The notes under the pieces were generated by a model. It was not told where the DNA came from and ran no database searches. It saw only the letters and a list, made by a program, of their open reading frames with translations. The translations under genes and the position numbers were made by a program. From contig JABIDS010000009.1 in assembly GCA_018651605.1 (NCBI GenBank), forward strand, positions 84,563-148,562: 64,000 bases of DNA, written 5' to 3'. Below are positions 1-9,461 of this stretch, piece after piece; the first letter of the stretch is position 1; each line of letters starts with the position of its first letter. Origin of the DNA: an archaeon (GTDB lineage Archaea; Nanobdellota; Nanobdellia; Pacearchaeales; GW2011-AR1).

Positions 1-1469
1 AGAAGTGGAAGAAGATTGGGGATTTGGGGTTGGTTGCTGAAAAGGTTATGGGAAAGAAAAAGCAAGGGACTTTATTTTCTAATATATTGATGACTAAGAA
101 GGTTTTGGAGAATTTGAGAAGACTTCCCGAGCTTAGTGGTAAGGGAGCTGTTGATAAGAAGATGTCTTTGATTTCTGAGTTGTTGACTTCTGCTTCTGGG
201 ATTGAGGCGAAATATATTATTAGGACTTTGTTGGGGCAACTTCGTATTGGTGTTGCGTCTGGGACTATAAGGGATTCTATTGCAGAGGCTTGTTTTAAAG
301 AGAAGACTAAGGAAAATGTTGAGGCTGTTCAAGATTCTTATGATAAGATTACTGATTTTGCTCTTGTGTTTGATAAGGCTTGTAAGGGTTTGAAGACTTT
401 GCATGCGACTAAATTGGTTCCTGGAAATCCTTTGAAAGCAATGCTTGCGCAGAAGGCAGATAGTATTGAAGATGGTTTTAAGAAAGTTGGAAGTCCTGCT
501 GTTTTTGAATATAAGTATGATGGGTTTAGGATGATGATTAATAAGGATAAGAATGGGGTGATAAAGATTTTTACTAGGAGATTGGATGAGGTTACTAATC
601 AGTTTCCAGATGTTGTGAAATATGTTAAGGAGCATATTAAGGCTAAGTCTTTTATTATTGACGGGGAGGCTGTTGGTTATGATTTGAAGACAAAAAAGTA
701 TAAGCCATTTCAGGCGATTTCTCAGAGGATTCGGAGGAAATATCATATTGAGAAATTGATTAAGGAATTGCCGATTGAGTTGAATATTTTTGATATTATT
801 TATTATGAAGGTAAGTCTATGATTAATGAACCTTTTTCTGAGAGAACTAAATTGATTAGAAAGATAATTAGAAATAATCCTTATCATCTTCGAACTGCGA
901 AGCAATTGATTACTGATGATGTGAAGAAGGCGAAGGAGTTTTATAAGCAGGCGTTGAAAGATAATCAAGAGGGTGTTATGATTAAGAATTTGGAGGCAGA
1001 GTATCGTCCGGGATTGAGAGTTGGACATATGTTGAAGTTGAAACCTGCTGAAAATGAATTGGATTTGGTGATAACTGGTGCAGAGTGGGGGAAGGGGAAG
1101 AGGGTTGGTATTTTGTCGTCATTTACTTTATCTTGTAGGGATTCTGTGAAGGGTGAATTTTTGGAGATTGGAAAAGCTTCTACAGGCTTAAAAGAGAAGG
1201 AAGAGTTAGGTTTGTCTTATGGTGAGTTGACTAAATTGTTGAAAGGGTTGATTGTTAAGGAGAAAGGGCGTGAGGTTTTGGTGAAACCTAAAGTTATTGT
1301 GACTATTCTTTATCAAAATATTCAGAGAAGTCCGACTTATAAGTCTGGGTTTGCTTTGAGGTTTCCGAGGATAATTGCTTTAAGAGAAGATAGGCATGCT
1401 GATGATGTTGCTACGTTGAAGGAGATTGGTGGAGATTATGAGAGGCATGAATTGAAGATTAGGTATTGA
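1..1469 (+). CDS. lig: ATP-dependent DNA ligase (5' end outside window)
   Basis: Frame 3 is open from the window edge. Adenylation motif KYDG occurs in FEYKYDGFRMMI, followed by EGVMIK and LKLKP ligase/OB motifs. Confidence 0.9.
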   Translation, partial: KWKKIGDLGLVAEKVMGKKKQGTLFSNILMTKKVLENLRRLPELSGKGAVDKKMSLISELLTSASGIEAKYIIRTLLGQLRIGVASGTIRDSIAEACFKEKTKENVEAVQDSYDKITDFALVFDKACKGLKTLHATKLVPGNPLKAMLAQKADSIEDGFKKVGSPAVFEYKYDGFRMMINKDKNGVIKIFTRRLDEVTNQFPDVVKYVKEHIKAKSFIIDGEAVGYDLKTKKYKPFQAISQRIRRKYHIEKLIKELPIELNIFDIIYYEGKSMINEPFSERTKLIRKIIRNNPYHLRTAKQLITDDVKKAKEFYKQALKDNQEGVMIKNLEAEYRPGLRVGHMLKLKPAENELDLVITGAEWGKGKRVGILSSFTLSCRDSVKGEFLEIGKASTGLKEKEELGLSYGELTKLLKGLIVKEKGREVLVKPKVIVTILYQNIQRSPTYKSGFALRFPRIIALREDRHADDVATLKEIGGDYERHELKIRY

Positions 1470-1479
1470 GGATTAAATT

Positions 1480-1695
1480 TTAATAAGGTCTTAGAGCGAT
1501 TCTTTCCTGATCTTGATGAGGTATTTTTCTAAAGACTTCTCCGCCTTCTTTATAGGTATCTAAGATTATTCTATAAAGTGTGAATGCTCTTCTAAAAACT
1601 TCTTCATCTTCAGACATTCCTTCTTGTTCTTTAATTTTATCTAAAAGTTTTGCTGCATCTGGTGAGACTTTTAACTCAATGGTTCTTCCTTTCAT
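1480..1695 (-). CDS. hypothetical small protein (71 aa)
   Basis: Clean ORF with codon style typical of minus-strand genes here. No recognisable motif. Confidence 0.45.
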   Translation of the reverse strand: MKGRTIELKVSPDAAKLLDKIKEQEGMSEDEEVFRRAFTLYRIILDTYKEGGEVFRKIPHQDQERIALRPY

Positions 1696-1761
1696 TTTAA
1701 ATATAATTATAAGGAGTTTATAATGATTTATATGTTCAACTCAATTCGAACTCATAACAAC

Positions 1762-1770
1762 TTTTATAAA
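1762..1770 (+). promoter_or_regulatory. TATA-box-like element for the 1792 gene
   Basis: ttttataaa is centred about 26 nt upstream of ATG 1792, the same geometry as several other genes in the window. Confidence 0.45.
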
Positions 1771-1791
1771 CTTGTGAATTGTTATCTAGGT

Positions 1792-2343
1792 ATGGTGAGG
1801 AAAAAATCTATGAATAAAATTGCTCTTTCTATATTAGTTAGTATTATATTAACTGTGATAATTGTTTCGCTTGTTAATGTTGGTTTGAGTATATTTATGG
1901 AGAGACCGGATTATTCTGATTTTTGTGGGGAGTTTAAAACTCAAGAAATAATGGATAGTCAGGAAAGTTGTGAGGCGATTGGTGGTAAATGGAATCCTGA
2001 GGGAAAGTCGTATCCTCCTGCTCGGGCTGTTGATGGTGATGTTCAAGTGATTGATGGATATTGTGATAGAGATTTCACATGTCGTGAAGAATTGGAAGAG
2101 GCTGAAGATGATTATGATCAAAAGAGATATTATGTTTTTGCTTTGATTGGTTTTACATTGTTGTTGATTGGTTTGTTTTCTAAGGAGATTTTAATTCAGA
2201 TAACTGGTTTGGCTTCTGGAGGTATTTTGGTTTTTGAAGGGATTGTGACTAATTTTGATAATAAGATTGTTACTTTTATTTCTCTTCTTTTGATATTTGT
2301 TGTGTTTGGAGTTTTGGCTTATAGGATTGTGAATAAGGATTAG
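1792..2343 (+). CDS. membrane protein, hypothetical
   Basis: Start moved to ATG 1792 (MVRKKSMNK). Has an N-terminal TM helix, a Cys-containing acidic ectodomain and C-terminal TM helices. Confidence 0.6.
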   Translation: MVRKKSMNKIALSILVSIILTVIIVSLVNVGLSIFMERPDYSDFCGEFKTQEIMDSQESCEAIGGKWNPEGKSYPPARAVDGDVQVIDGYCDRDFTCREELEEAEDDYDQKRYYVFALIGFTLLLIGLFSKEILIQITGLASGGILVFEGIVTNFDNKIVTFISLLLIFVVFGVLAYRIVNKD

Positions 2344-3512
2344 ATGTTTACTAAGTTCTCCCCTAAATAAAATCTTTCTCTTTGATTATATTCTGGTGTT
2401 GTTAAACATGCTAATGCGCCTTTTAATCCTATCTCGTTGTCAATAACTGCATAAACTGGGACTTTGTTTACCCATTCTCTTTGAGTTGGGCCGTTATCAA
2501 ATTCATTCATTATTACTCTTGCTATTCTTTTATCTAATTCTCCTGAACCTATTTTTGTTTCAATGTTTTTCATTAAAACTCCTCCTGTTCCATATATTCC
2601 ACCTTTTGCTCCTTCATGTAATGCTAAATCATGAAAAGCTCTTCCTAATGATTTCCAGACAAAATCCATTGTTTCTCCATAAATAGATCCTGGAACTTCT
2701 TTTGCTTTTTTTGCTATGTATGCTGTAGGAATTGTTTCAGTTAATGCTTTTTTGTATTCTGCAACTTCTGCTGGATTTGTTTCTTCTGATTTTAAGAATC
2801 TATTTGTATAAAGACAGTTAAAAATATCTTCAACTCCTCTTCCTGATAAGACTGCTTCTAAGTGAGGTACATCTGATTTATATTTTTTAGAAAGGTATTT
2901 TGAAATCATTATTTCTTTTTCGTCTGAGGGATTAATTGGTAAGAACTTGTGTCCTCCTTCAGAATCAAATGGGAAGTATAATTTTTTATCTCTGTCATAA
3001 TGTAATCTGGTTGTTCCTAATCCTGTTCCTGGGCCTTGTATTGCTATTGGTGCTTTTGGAATTGCTTCTTCTAATTTATTGTTTGTATGAAGTAGTTCAA
3101 GGACGTTTAAGTTCATCTTTCCTCTTTTGAATTCTGCAATAGAATAAGCTATTGCTTTGTAATCATTTATTAAAGCTGTTGGAATTTTGGTTGTTTTGGC
3201 ATTAACTGAAAAATCGCTGTTTGTCATTATACATTCTGATCCATCTTGGTTAATTGGTCCTGCAGGACTTAAAACCATTGCATTAATATTTTTTAATTTA
3301 GTTTCTCTAAGAATATCTTCTAAAACTTCGGTGTTGAAGTCTTTTGTTCTTTGCCCATTATAGTTTGCCTTAAAGATGCAATCTAAATTTTCATTGGTTT
3401 CTGAATATACTCCTATTAAAATATTTGTTGCACTTACATCTCCTGCGATATAGAATCTTGATGTTGCCTGAGGGATTTCTTTTCTTTCTAAAACTTTTTT
3501 TTCAGTAGGCAT
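2340..3512 (-). CDS. glk: glucokinase-family sugar kinase (Glk-like)
   Basis: N-terminal FYIAGDVSATNILIG matches the GDxGGTN-type phosphate loop. GPGTGLGT is typical of the Glk family. Confidence 0.6.
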   Translation of the reverse strand: MPTEKKVLERKEIPQATSRFYIAGDVSATNILIGVYSETNENLDCIFKANYNGQRTKDFNTEVLEDILRETKLKNINAMVLSPAGPINQDGSECIMTNSDFSVNAKTTKIPTALINDYKAIAYSIAEFKRGKMNLNVLELLHTNNKLEEAIPKAPIAIQGPGTGLGTTRLHYDRDKKLYFPFDSEGGHKFLPINPSDEKEIMISKYLSKKYKSDVPHLEAVLSGRGVEDIFNCLYTNRFLKSEETNPAEVAEYKKALTETIPTAYIAKKAKEVPGSIYGETMDFVWKSLGRAFHDLALHEGAKGGIYGTGGVLMKNIETKIGSGELDKRIARVIMNEFDNGPTQREWVNKVPVYAVIDNEIGLKGALACLTTPEYNQRERFYLGENLVNI

Positions 3513-3696
3513 TATTTTAGGTAGTGAATCTTATTTATTAAGACTATCCCAATATAAAATATCTTCACTATTATTTTATTTTTTTCACTATTACCTATTT
3601 TCCCTCGCTGTTTATTTCTCCTTACCGAAAGCTTTAAATAGGCATTTCCTTTATAAAGTTTATCATAAACGAAAATATAGTTACTATAAAATTACA

Positions 3697-4257
3697 ATGG
3701 CTACAATTAAATCTAAAACATCTTTAAAAATTCAAAATATTGTTGCGACGACTTCTTTGGGTAAAGATGTTCCTTTGACAAAGTTGGCGAAGACTATTCC
3801 TAATACTGAATATAATCCTGAGCAGTTTCCTGGTTTGGTTTTGAGAGTTAAGGAGCCTAAGTCTGCTGTTCTTGTTTTTTCGTCTGGGAATTTGGTTTGT
3901 ACTGGGACTAAATCAATTGCGCAGGTTAAGTTAGTTATTGAGCAGGTTATTAAGACACTTAAGAAAATAAATGTTAATGTTACTGAGAAGCCGAAGATTA
4001 CTGTGCAGAATATTGTTGCGTCTGGGAATATTAATATGATGTTGAATTTGAATTTTTTGGCTTTGGAGTTGGAGAATACTGAGTATGAGCCTGAGCAGTT
4101 TCCTGGTTTGGTTTACAAATTGATTGAACCTAATGCTACGTTTTTGTTGTTTAGTAATGGAAAGTTGGTTTGTACTGGGACTAAGAATAATCAACAGTTG
4201 AATGATTCTATGGAGCAGTTGTTAGAGCATTTGAAAGTTGCGATGAATAATAAGTAG
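3697..4257 (+). CDS. tbp: TATA-box binding protein
   Basis: Two direct repeats carry IQNIVAT/VQNIVAS, PEQFPGLV and LVCTGTK signatures. Confidence 0.95.
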   Translation: MATIKSKTSLKIQNIVATTSLGKDVPLTKLAKTIPNTEYNPEQFPGLVLRVKEPKSAVLVFSSGNLVCTGTKSIAQVKLVIEQVIKTLKKINVNVTEKPKITVQNIVASGNINMMLNLNFLALELENTEYEPEQFPGLVYKLIEPNATFLLFSNGKLVCTGTKNNQQLNDSMEQLLEHLKVAMNNK

Positions 4258-4363
4258 AGGTTTGTTTTTTTGAGAGGTTTAGTTTTGAAATGATGTAATT
4301 TTTATGATATGTTATGAGTTTTTAATTAGGTTTGAGTAGTCTTATAAAAACATATTTTAGAGT

Positions 4364-4645
4364 ATGGAATTATTTAAAAAGATTAATTGTAAACAGGATT
4401 GTATGACTGATAAATTCATTGGAAGGAGAATTGAAGAAAGGGAATTAGGAAAGGTTTTGGAAGGAGATTCTGCTGCAGAATTAGTTCTTGAAGGTAAACT
4501 TCCTTTTGCAGATGCTTGTAAGGAATATGGTAGAGAAAATATTGTTGCTTTAATTTATGCTCAACAAAAGGTTCAATATGGTGGAGGATTAAGGGCGATA
4601 AGTATGATGAGAAGATCAAGTCTCTATGAGGGAGATAGTTTTTGA
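4364..4645 (+). CDS. hypothetical protein (93 aa)
   Basis: ORF only. Uses A-ending codons, unlike neighbouring plus-strand genes. Confidence 0.4.
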   Translation: MELFKKINCKQDCMTDKFIGRRIEERELGKVLEGDSAAELVLEGKLPFADACKEYGRENIVALIYAQQKVQYGGGLRAISMMRRSSLYEGDSF

Positions 4646-4742
4646 TATTAATTTTTTTAATTTTAGATTAACCCCAACTCAAAACATCTTTCAAAAGATA
4701 TATATGTTTAAAAATAAATTGTTCTTTTTGATTTAGATAAAA

Positions 4743-5612
4743 ATGGGTATGTTTTCACTATTTAATGTAAGTAATACTGTGTATTTTCCAGGATGTGCGA
4801 CATATTTTAGATTTAAGGAGAATTTTGAGGTTTATCAGAGGGTTTTTTCTAGGATGGGGATTGGTTTTAGGTTGATTGATAAAAAGATTTGTTGTGGTGT
4901 TGATGCATTTGAGGCAGGTTATGAGGGTGAGGCGCGGAAGTTGGCTCGGCGGAATTTTGAGATATTTAAGGAAGAGGGGATTGATGGGATTATTACGAAT
5001 TCTCCTGAAGCATATAGAATGTTTTTGCAAAAATATCCTGATTTTTTGCCTGATTGGAATATTGAGGTTAAGAATGTTTGGAGTTTGATGCTTGAGAGAT
5101 TGAAGAATAAACCTAAATTGATAAAACATAAGGCAATGGAAGTTGTGACATATCATGATTCGTGTTCTCTTGGTAGGGGTTGTGGAAGTTATGATGATGT
5201 TCGTGAGATTTTGGAGTTGTTTGGTTATGAGGTTCGGGAAATGTCTGATTCAAGAGAAGAGAGTGTTTGTTGTGGGAGTTGTGGTGGATTGGTTGTGGTG
5301 AATCCTGAATTAGCTAATAAGATTGCTAAAGAAAGAATACTTCAGGCTAAAAGAATTGGTGTTAAGAAGATAGTAGTTTGTTCTATGAAAAATTATGAAT
5401 TGTTAGATAGAAATGCTGGTGATGATATGGAGATTGTTGAGCTTTCGGAGATTTTGGCTGTTGGTTTGGGTTTGAAAGTTAGAAGAGAAGAGAAGGAAGA
5501 ATATATTGATGGTGAAGAGAGAGTTATTAATGATACTCAGGCGAATATTAATATTGAGAGAGAGTTGAAGGATGAGGATTATTATGAAGGTAATGATGGG
5601 AGGGATAAATGA
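4743..5612 (+). CDS. cysteine-rich (CCG) domain Fe-S oxidoreductase subunit, GlcF/HdrB C-terminal-like
   Basis: Two CCG-type motifs (KICCGVDAFEAG, SVCCGSCGG) with FPGCATYF and YHDSCSLGR. Its stop overlaps the next ATG (ATGA). Confidence 0.75.
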   Translation: MGMFSLFNVSNTVYFPGCATYFRFKENFEVYQRVFSRMGIGFRLIDKKICCGVDAFEAGYEGEARKLARRNFEIFKEEGIDGIITNSPEAYRMFLQKYPDFLPDWNIEVKNVWSLMLERLKNKPKLIKHKAMEVVTYHDSCSLGRGCGSYDDVREILELFGYEVREMSDSREESVCCGSCGGLVVVNPELANKIAKERILQAKRIGVKKIVVCSMKNYELLDRNAGDDMEIVELSEILAVGLGLKVRREEKEEYIDGEERVINDTQANINIERELKDEDYYEGNDGRDK

Positions 5613-6001
5613 ATCAGAAATTAACAGAAAAAGTAACAGAAGAATTTAATAAAAGAACAGAAGAATTTGAAGGAGAGAGATTTGAAGGGATTAAAATTGT
5701 TGGTGTGCGTAGTTTAATTAGAGAATTAAATGCGAGGGGAAATTCAAGAATAAAATATGATTTAGAATTAGAAGTAACTGAGGAATGTAAGGACAGGGAT
5801 TATGCTAAAACTGCGCACCTTCGACCTGAAAAATTATTTATGTATAAAATTGTGCAAAAGAAAAATGATTCTTCTAAATATGTTGGAGTAATATATGAGT
5901 CCATGAAAAATCCTGAAAATTGTAGATTGCATTTTCAAACAAATGATAGAGAGTATGTGGAAGCACATTCTGAAATTGTATGGAGGAAAGCACAAAAATG
6001 A
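5609..6001 (+). CDS. hypothetical protein (130 aa) embedded in oxidoreductase operon
   Basis: ATGA start/stop overlaps with both neighbours. No motif. A-ending codon style differs from the flanking genes. Confidence 0.55.
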   Translation: MNQKLTEKVTEEFNKRTEEFEGERFEGIKIVGVRSLIRELNARGNSRIKYDLELEVTEECKDRDYAKTAHLRPEKLFMYKIVQKKNDSSKYVGVIYESMKNPENCRLHFQTNDREYVEAHSEIVWRKAQK

Positions 6002-7617
6002 AATTAAAAGAAACTGTTTGTTATAATTCTGATGCGTCTCGGATAGTTGGTAAAGCTGAGAAGGTTTTTTTTCCAAAGAATGTTGAGGAAGTTCAGCAAA
6101 TAATTAAGACAACAAATTTGGATATTGTTCCTCGTGGTGCTGGGAGTGGTTTGATGGGTGGTTGTGTTCCTAATAGTTCTGTTGTTGTTGATTTGTCAAA
6201 GATGAATAATGTTTCTGAGTTTAAATTTAAGGAGAGGAGTGTTAGGGTTGGAGCTGGAGTAACTATTAAGGAATTAAATGAGAAATTAAATCAAGTGGGA
6301 TTTGAATTTCCTATTAAAATTAATAATCCTGTTGCTACAATTGGTGGGGCTGTTGCTTTGAATTCTTTTGGAGAATATGGTTTGAAATATGGTTCTATTA
6401 AAGAATGGATTGAGGAGGTTGAGTTTGTTAATGGGCGAGGAGAGTTAATGAAAACTACTAAGGCTGATGTTTCAGATGTTTGTGGAATGGAAGGGACTAC
6501 TGGAATAATTTGTTCTGTAACATTAAGGGTTATTCCTAAAGTTAATAAATCTATATCTTTGTTTCAGTCTGATAATCTTGAAGAAGTATTTTCTATAGCT
6601 AGAAGACTTAAATTGGAAAAAGAAGTTATTATGATGGAGCTTTTTCCTCCAATGGTTTCTAAATTGTTGGGCTTTCCTGAAACTTATAATCTTGTTATAG
6701 AATTTGGTTCTGAGAGGGGAAAGATAAGGGGGAAGGAATATGACGAATTGTTGAAGGCGAAGGATAAGGTTTTTTCTGTTATGTTTTCTCAGGAATATTA
6801 TAATGTTGATGATCCTAAGTTTTTCTTTGATAAGGTTCGGGATTTTATTTCGTTTTTAGATTTGAATGAGATTCCTTATGTTAGTTATCTTGGGGCTGGA
6901 ATTGTTCATCCTTTTTTTAAGGATTTTGAGAAAAATAAAAAAAATGCTGTTGTTGATTTTATAAAAAAATCTCGGGCTAAGGTTTCTAAGTTTGGGATTG
7001 GTTCTGTTCGAAAGGAATTTTTGGATTCTTTTGAAAAGAAAGTTATTGAGAGGGTAAAATTGAGGCATGATCCTTTTGGGAAATTGAATAAGGGGAAGTT
7101 GATTGATGTTGATGCTCATGAGAAGAGGTTGGGTGTGGTTGGTTCGGAGGTTAAGAAGGTTAAGAGTGGTTTTGGGGGAGGGGTTGGTAGGGGTGGTGAA
7201 AAGGGGTTGGGAGCTGTTGGTTCTGAAGTTGAGGAAAGGAAACCGATTGTTAGGGATGTTGTGAAGAGGGTTGAGGAGGTTAAAAAGGTGGAGGTTTTGA
7301 AAAAGGTTGAACCTTTGGTTGAAGAGAAGAAAACTGTTAAGAGTATTTTGGAGAGTATGGAAAAGAAGAAGGAAATTGAAAGTGCTGCTATTAAGGATAA
7401 AGAATTTTCTAAACCTAAGACATCTGCAGAGGATTATAAAATTATTCAGGATATTATGAATAATCGGAAGGGTAGGGTTGAAGATAAGCCTGTTGATGAT
7501 TTTGAGAAAAAACCTGGGAATGAAGCTTCTTTGCCTAAGAAGGAAGAAGATAGTGATGATAAAGATTTGATTAATAGGATTATGACAAATAAATTTGAGG
7601 ATGATGATGAAAAATGA
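5998..7617 (+). CDS. FAD-binding oxidase (GlcD / D-lactate dehydrogenase-like) with long K/E/V-rich C-terminal tail
   Basis: VPRGAGSGLMGG FAD-binding PCMH motif; RHDPFGKLNKGKL matches the end of the FAD-oxidase C domain; about 160 aa of low-complexity tail follow. Start set to ATG 5998, which overlaps the upstream stop. Confidence 0.8.
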   Translation: MKLKETVCYNSDASRIVGKAEKVFFPKNVEEVQQIIKTTNLDIVPRGAGSGLMGGCVPNSSVVVDLSKMNNVSEFKFKERSVRVGAGVTIKELNEKLNQVGFEFPIKINNPVATIGGAVALNSFGEYGLKYGSIKEWIEEVEFVNGRGELMKTTKADVSDVCGMEGTTGIICSVTLRVIPKVNKSISLFQSDNLEEVFSIARRLKLEKEVIMMELFPPMVSKLLGFPETYNLVIEFGSERGKIRGKEYDELLKAKDKVFSVMFSQEYYNVDDPKFFFDKVRDFISFLDLNEIPYVSYLGAGIVHPFFKDFEKNKKNAVVDFIKKSRAKVSKFGIGSVRKEFLDSFEKKVIERVKLRHDPFGKLNKGKLIDVDAHEKRLGVVGSEVKKVKSGFGGGVGRGGEKGLGAVGSEVEERKPIVRDVVKRVEEVKKVEVLKKVEPLVEEKKTVKSILESMEKKKEIESAAIKDKEFSKPKTSAEDYKIIQDIMNNRKGRVEDKPVDDFEKKPGNEASLPKKEEDSDDKDLINRIMTNKFEDDDEK

Positions 7618-7964
7618 GTGTAGAGATTGAGAATGCAAAGCAGGAAATTGAAGAGATAATTGATAAGTGTATTAAATGTGGTTTATGTAAGTCGCGTTGT
7701 CCTGTTTTTAAAGTTATTAGGGAAGAGTGTGTTTCACCTAGAGGGAAGGTTAGTTTATTTGAGTCTGGTTTTTTTGATAAAATTGTTTATGATTGTACTT
7801 TATGTGGGGCGTGTGAGCAGGATTGTCCTTTGGGATTGAAACTTTGTGATGCATTTATTAATGCTAGGAAGATGTTGGTTTTTCAGAAAAAAGGAATTGA
7901 TGAGAATGAGGAAATGATTAGGAATTTGAATAAGAGAGGTAATGTTTTTGGTGAGAAGGAGTGA
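7614..7964 (+). CDS. 2x[4Fe-4S] ferredoxin-domain protein (GlcF N-terminal-like)
   Basis: CIKCGLCKSRCP and CTLCGACEQDCP cluster motifs. ATGA overlap with the upstream gene. Confidence 0.8.
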   Translation: MSVEIENAKQEIEEIIDKCIKCGLCKSRCPVFKVIREECVSPRGKVSLFESGFFDKIVYDCTLCGACEQDCPLGLKLCDAFINARKMLVFQKKGIDENEEMIRNLNKRGNVFGEKE

Positions 7965-8032
7965 ATATTATCTACTGAGTAGTTAGACTTTTGTTGAAGA
8001 AAGTTTTTAAATGATAAAATATTAAAAAATTT

Positions 8033-8425
8033 ATGACAGATATACGAGAAAAATACAAAGCTTATTTAAAACAAGCAGAAAGTTTACCAAAAGAAATGAA
8101 AAGACGCGGAATTCAATATGTGAATCCTAGATTTATGGAAACTGATTTTGTTGTTTATGTTGATGGAACTGCAGAAGTTCCAAGAAGAGCTGAATCTTTT
8201 TTGGAATATATTGGATTAAAATCAAGACCAATGAAAAGAATTGGGTTGGATAGTGTTGGAGAATTATTATATCACTTAACTTCTGATCCTAATCGATATA
8301 ACTGCGTTCCAAAAGATTTAAATCAAATTGATTCGTTTAATTTAGAAAGATTAACAAATGCACTTAGTTTAGAGGAAGATGTTGTTAGAAGCTCAAAAAA
8401 ACTAATAGAAGGTTTGGGATTTTAG
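8033..8425 (+). CDS. hypothetical protein (130 aa)
   Basis: ORF only, with A-ending codon style on the plus strand. Confidence 0.45.
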   Translation: MTDIREKYKAYLKQAESLPKEMKRRGIQYVNPRFMETDFVVYVDGTAEVPRRAESFLEYIGLKSRPMKRIGLDSVGELLYHLTSDPNRYNCVPKDLNQIDSFNLERLTNALSLEEDVVRSSKKLIEGLGF

Positions 8426-8841
8426 AAATTATCATTATCTCTTAATTCATTTGGTAATTGGTTGTAATTAATTTCATCAGCTATTTCATCTAAGTCTTGA
8501 TGTTTTTTGAAAGTTTTATTTTTTATACTGTATGCAATATCTTCTAATGCACCATCTGTAACCATATGTCCTAAAAATCTGAGAGATTCTAAAAATAGAA
8601 TGGGATTAGCATCACTAACCTCTCCGGTTTTAAAAGCTTTATATAAGAAAAATAAATCTAATATGTTGATGGTGTTTTTTACTATTATTCTCTGTACTTT
8701 CTTTATTTTGTAATTTATTAAAAAATCATTTGCTTCTTGTCCAAAAGTAAATTCTCTGAATATGTATTCTTCATTTTTGAACTTATCATAACCAAAACCA
8801 AAGAAGTAATCTATTGTTTTTCTAAAACTTGGAAGTTTCAT
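8422..8841 (-). CDS. hypothetical protein (139 aa), co-oriented directly downstream of uS10
   Basis: Its start lies 4 nt after the S10 stop. No motif. Confidence 0.5.
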   Translation of the reverse strand: MKLPSFRKTIDYFFGFGYDKFKNEEYIFREFTFGQEANDFLINYKIKKVQRIIVKNTINILDLFFLYKAFKTGEVSDANPILFLESLRFLGHMVTDGALEDIAYSIKNKTFKKHQDLDEIADEINYNQLPNELRDNDNF

Positions 8842-8844
8842 TTT

Positions 8845-9153
8845 TTATTCTTTCATCTCAATCTTGATTGTAACATCTCTTGATACATAGAGTCTCATTA
8901 CTGCGTGAAGAACTCGGTCATCAGAAGGTAGGTCGATAACTCTTGAATGTATTCGCATTTCAAAGTTATCAAAAGTAGCTGTTCCGTCTCCGCACGGTGA
9001 TTTTCGAGTAGTTATTTTTAGCTTTTTTGTTGGTAATGGAATAGGGCCGCTTATTTGTATTCCGAATTTATTAGCAATGTCTTTAATTTTATCGCATATT
9101 TCATTAAGTTTTCCTATATTCATACTTTTCAATTTTATTCTTACTTTTGCCAT
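8845..9153 (-). CDS. rps10: 30S ribosomal protein S10 (uS10)
   Basis: 102 aa; KIRIKL...GPIPLPTK...FEMRIHSRVIDL is the classic S10 pattern. Confidence 0.9.
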   Translation of the reverse strand: MAKVRIKLKSMNIGKLNEICDKIKDIANKFGIQISGPIPLPTKKLKITTRKSPCGDGTATFDNFEMRIHSRVIDLPSDDRVLHAVMRLYVSRDVTIKIEMKE

Positions 9154-9263
9154 TTTAGTACTCGTACAATTCTATATTAGGATTTTTTAATCCTGTAATC
9201 TGAAATTGTATAATAAGGTATCAAAAAAGAGGTTTTTAAAGTTTTTTGTTTGGGTTTTTGAGT

Positions 9264-9415
9264 TTTCTATCCCTGCGGAAAGCCGGTTTAGAGAATCTTC
9301 GATTCTCTAACTCTCTAACTCTCTTTGAGAGAGTTGGAGACTTCACACTTTCCCTTTCCTTCCCAGGTTTTGAAATCTTCTTAGGAATTTAATAGAGTAA
9401 GAGGTTTTCAGAGAA
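9264..9415 (+). repeat. mosaic intergenic repeat, module A copy with two nested hairpins
   Basis: ccctgcggaaagccgg...cacactttccctttccttcccaggttttgaaatcttcttagg aligns with 17715-17820. Extra hairpins lie at 9288-9310 and 9317-9335, inside the stem-1 loop. Confidence 0.8.
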
Positions 9416-9461
9416 TATTAAGTAAATAAAAGTTTATAAGGGACTAACTATCTGATAAATC

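Noticed and set aside
72-1028. Long antisense ORFs inside well-supported genes (72-1028, 6856-7638, 15388-15933, 17185-17727, 24414-24803, 28624-28923, 54571-54870 and similar).
   Set aside because: They lie opposite genes with strong motifs. Their translations are low-complexity (runs of L, I, N, S, F, with few D/E/K balances). The strong strand skew depletes stop codons on the antisense strand, so they are shadow ORFs.
7120-7617. Possible separate gene for the K/E/V-rich segment after the FAD-oxidase domain.
   Set aside because: The same frame runs on with no stop and no internal promoter-like element. The stop overlaps the next ATG, as elsewhere in the operon, so it is kept as a C-terminal tail.
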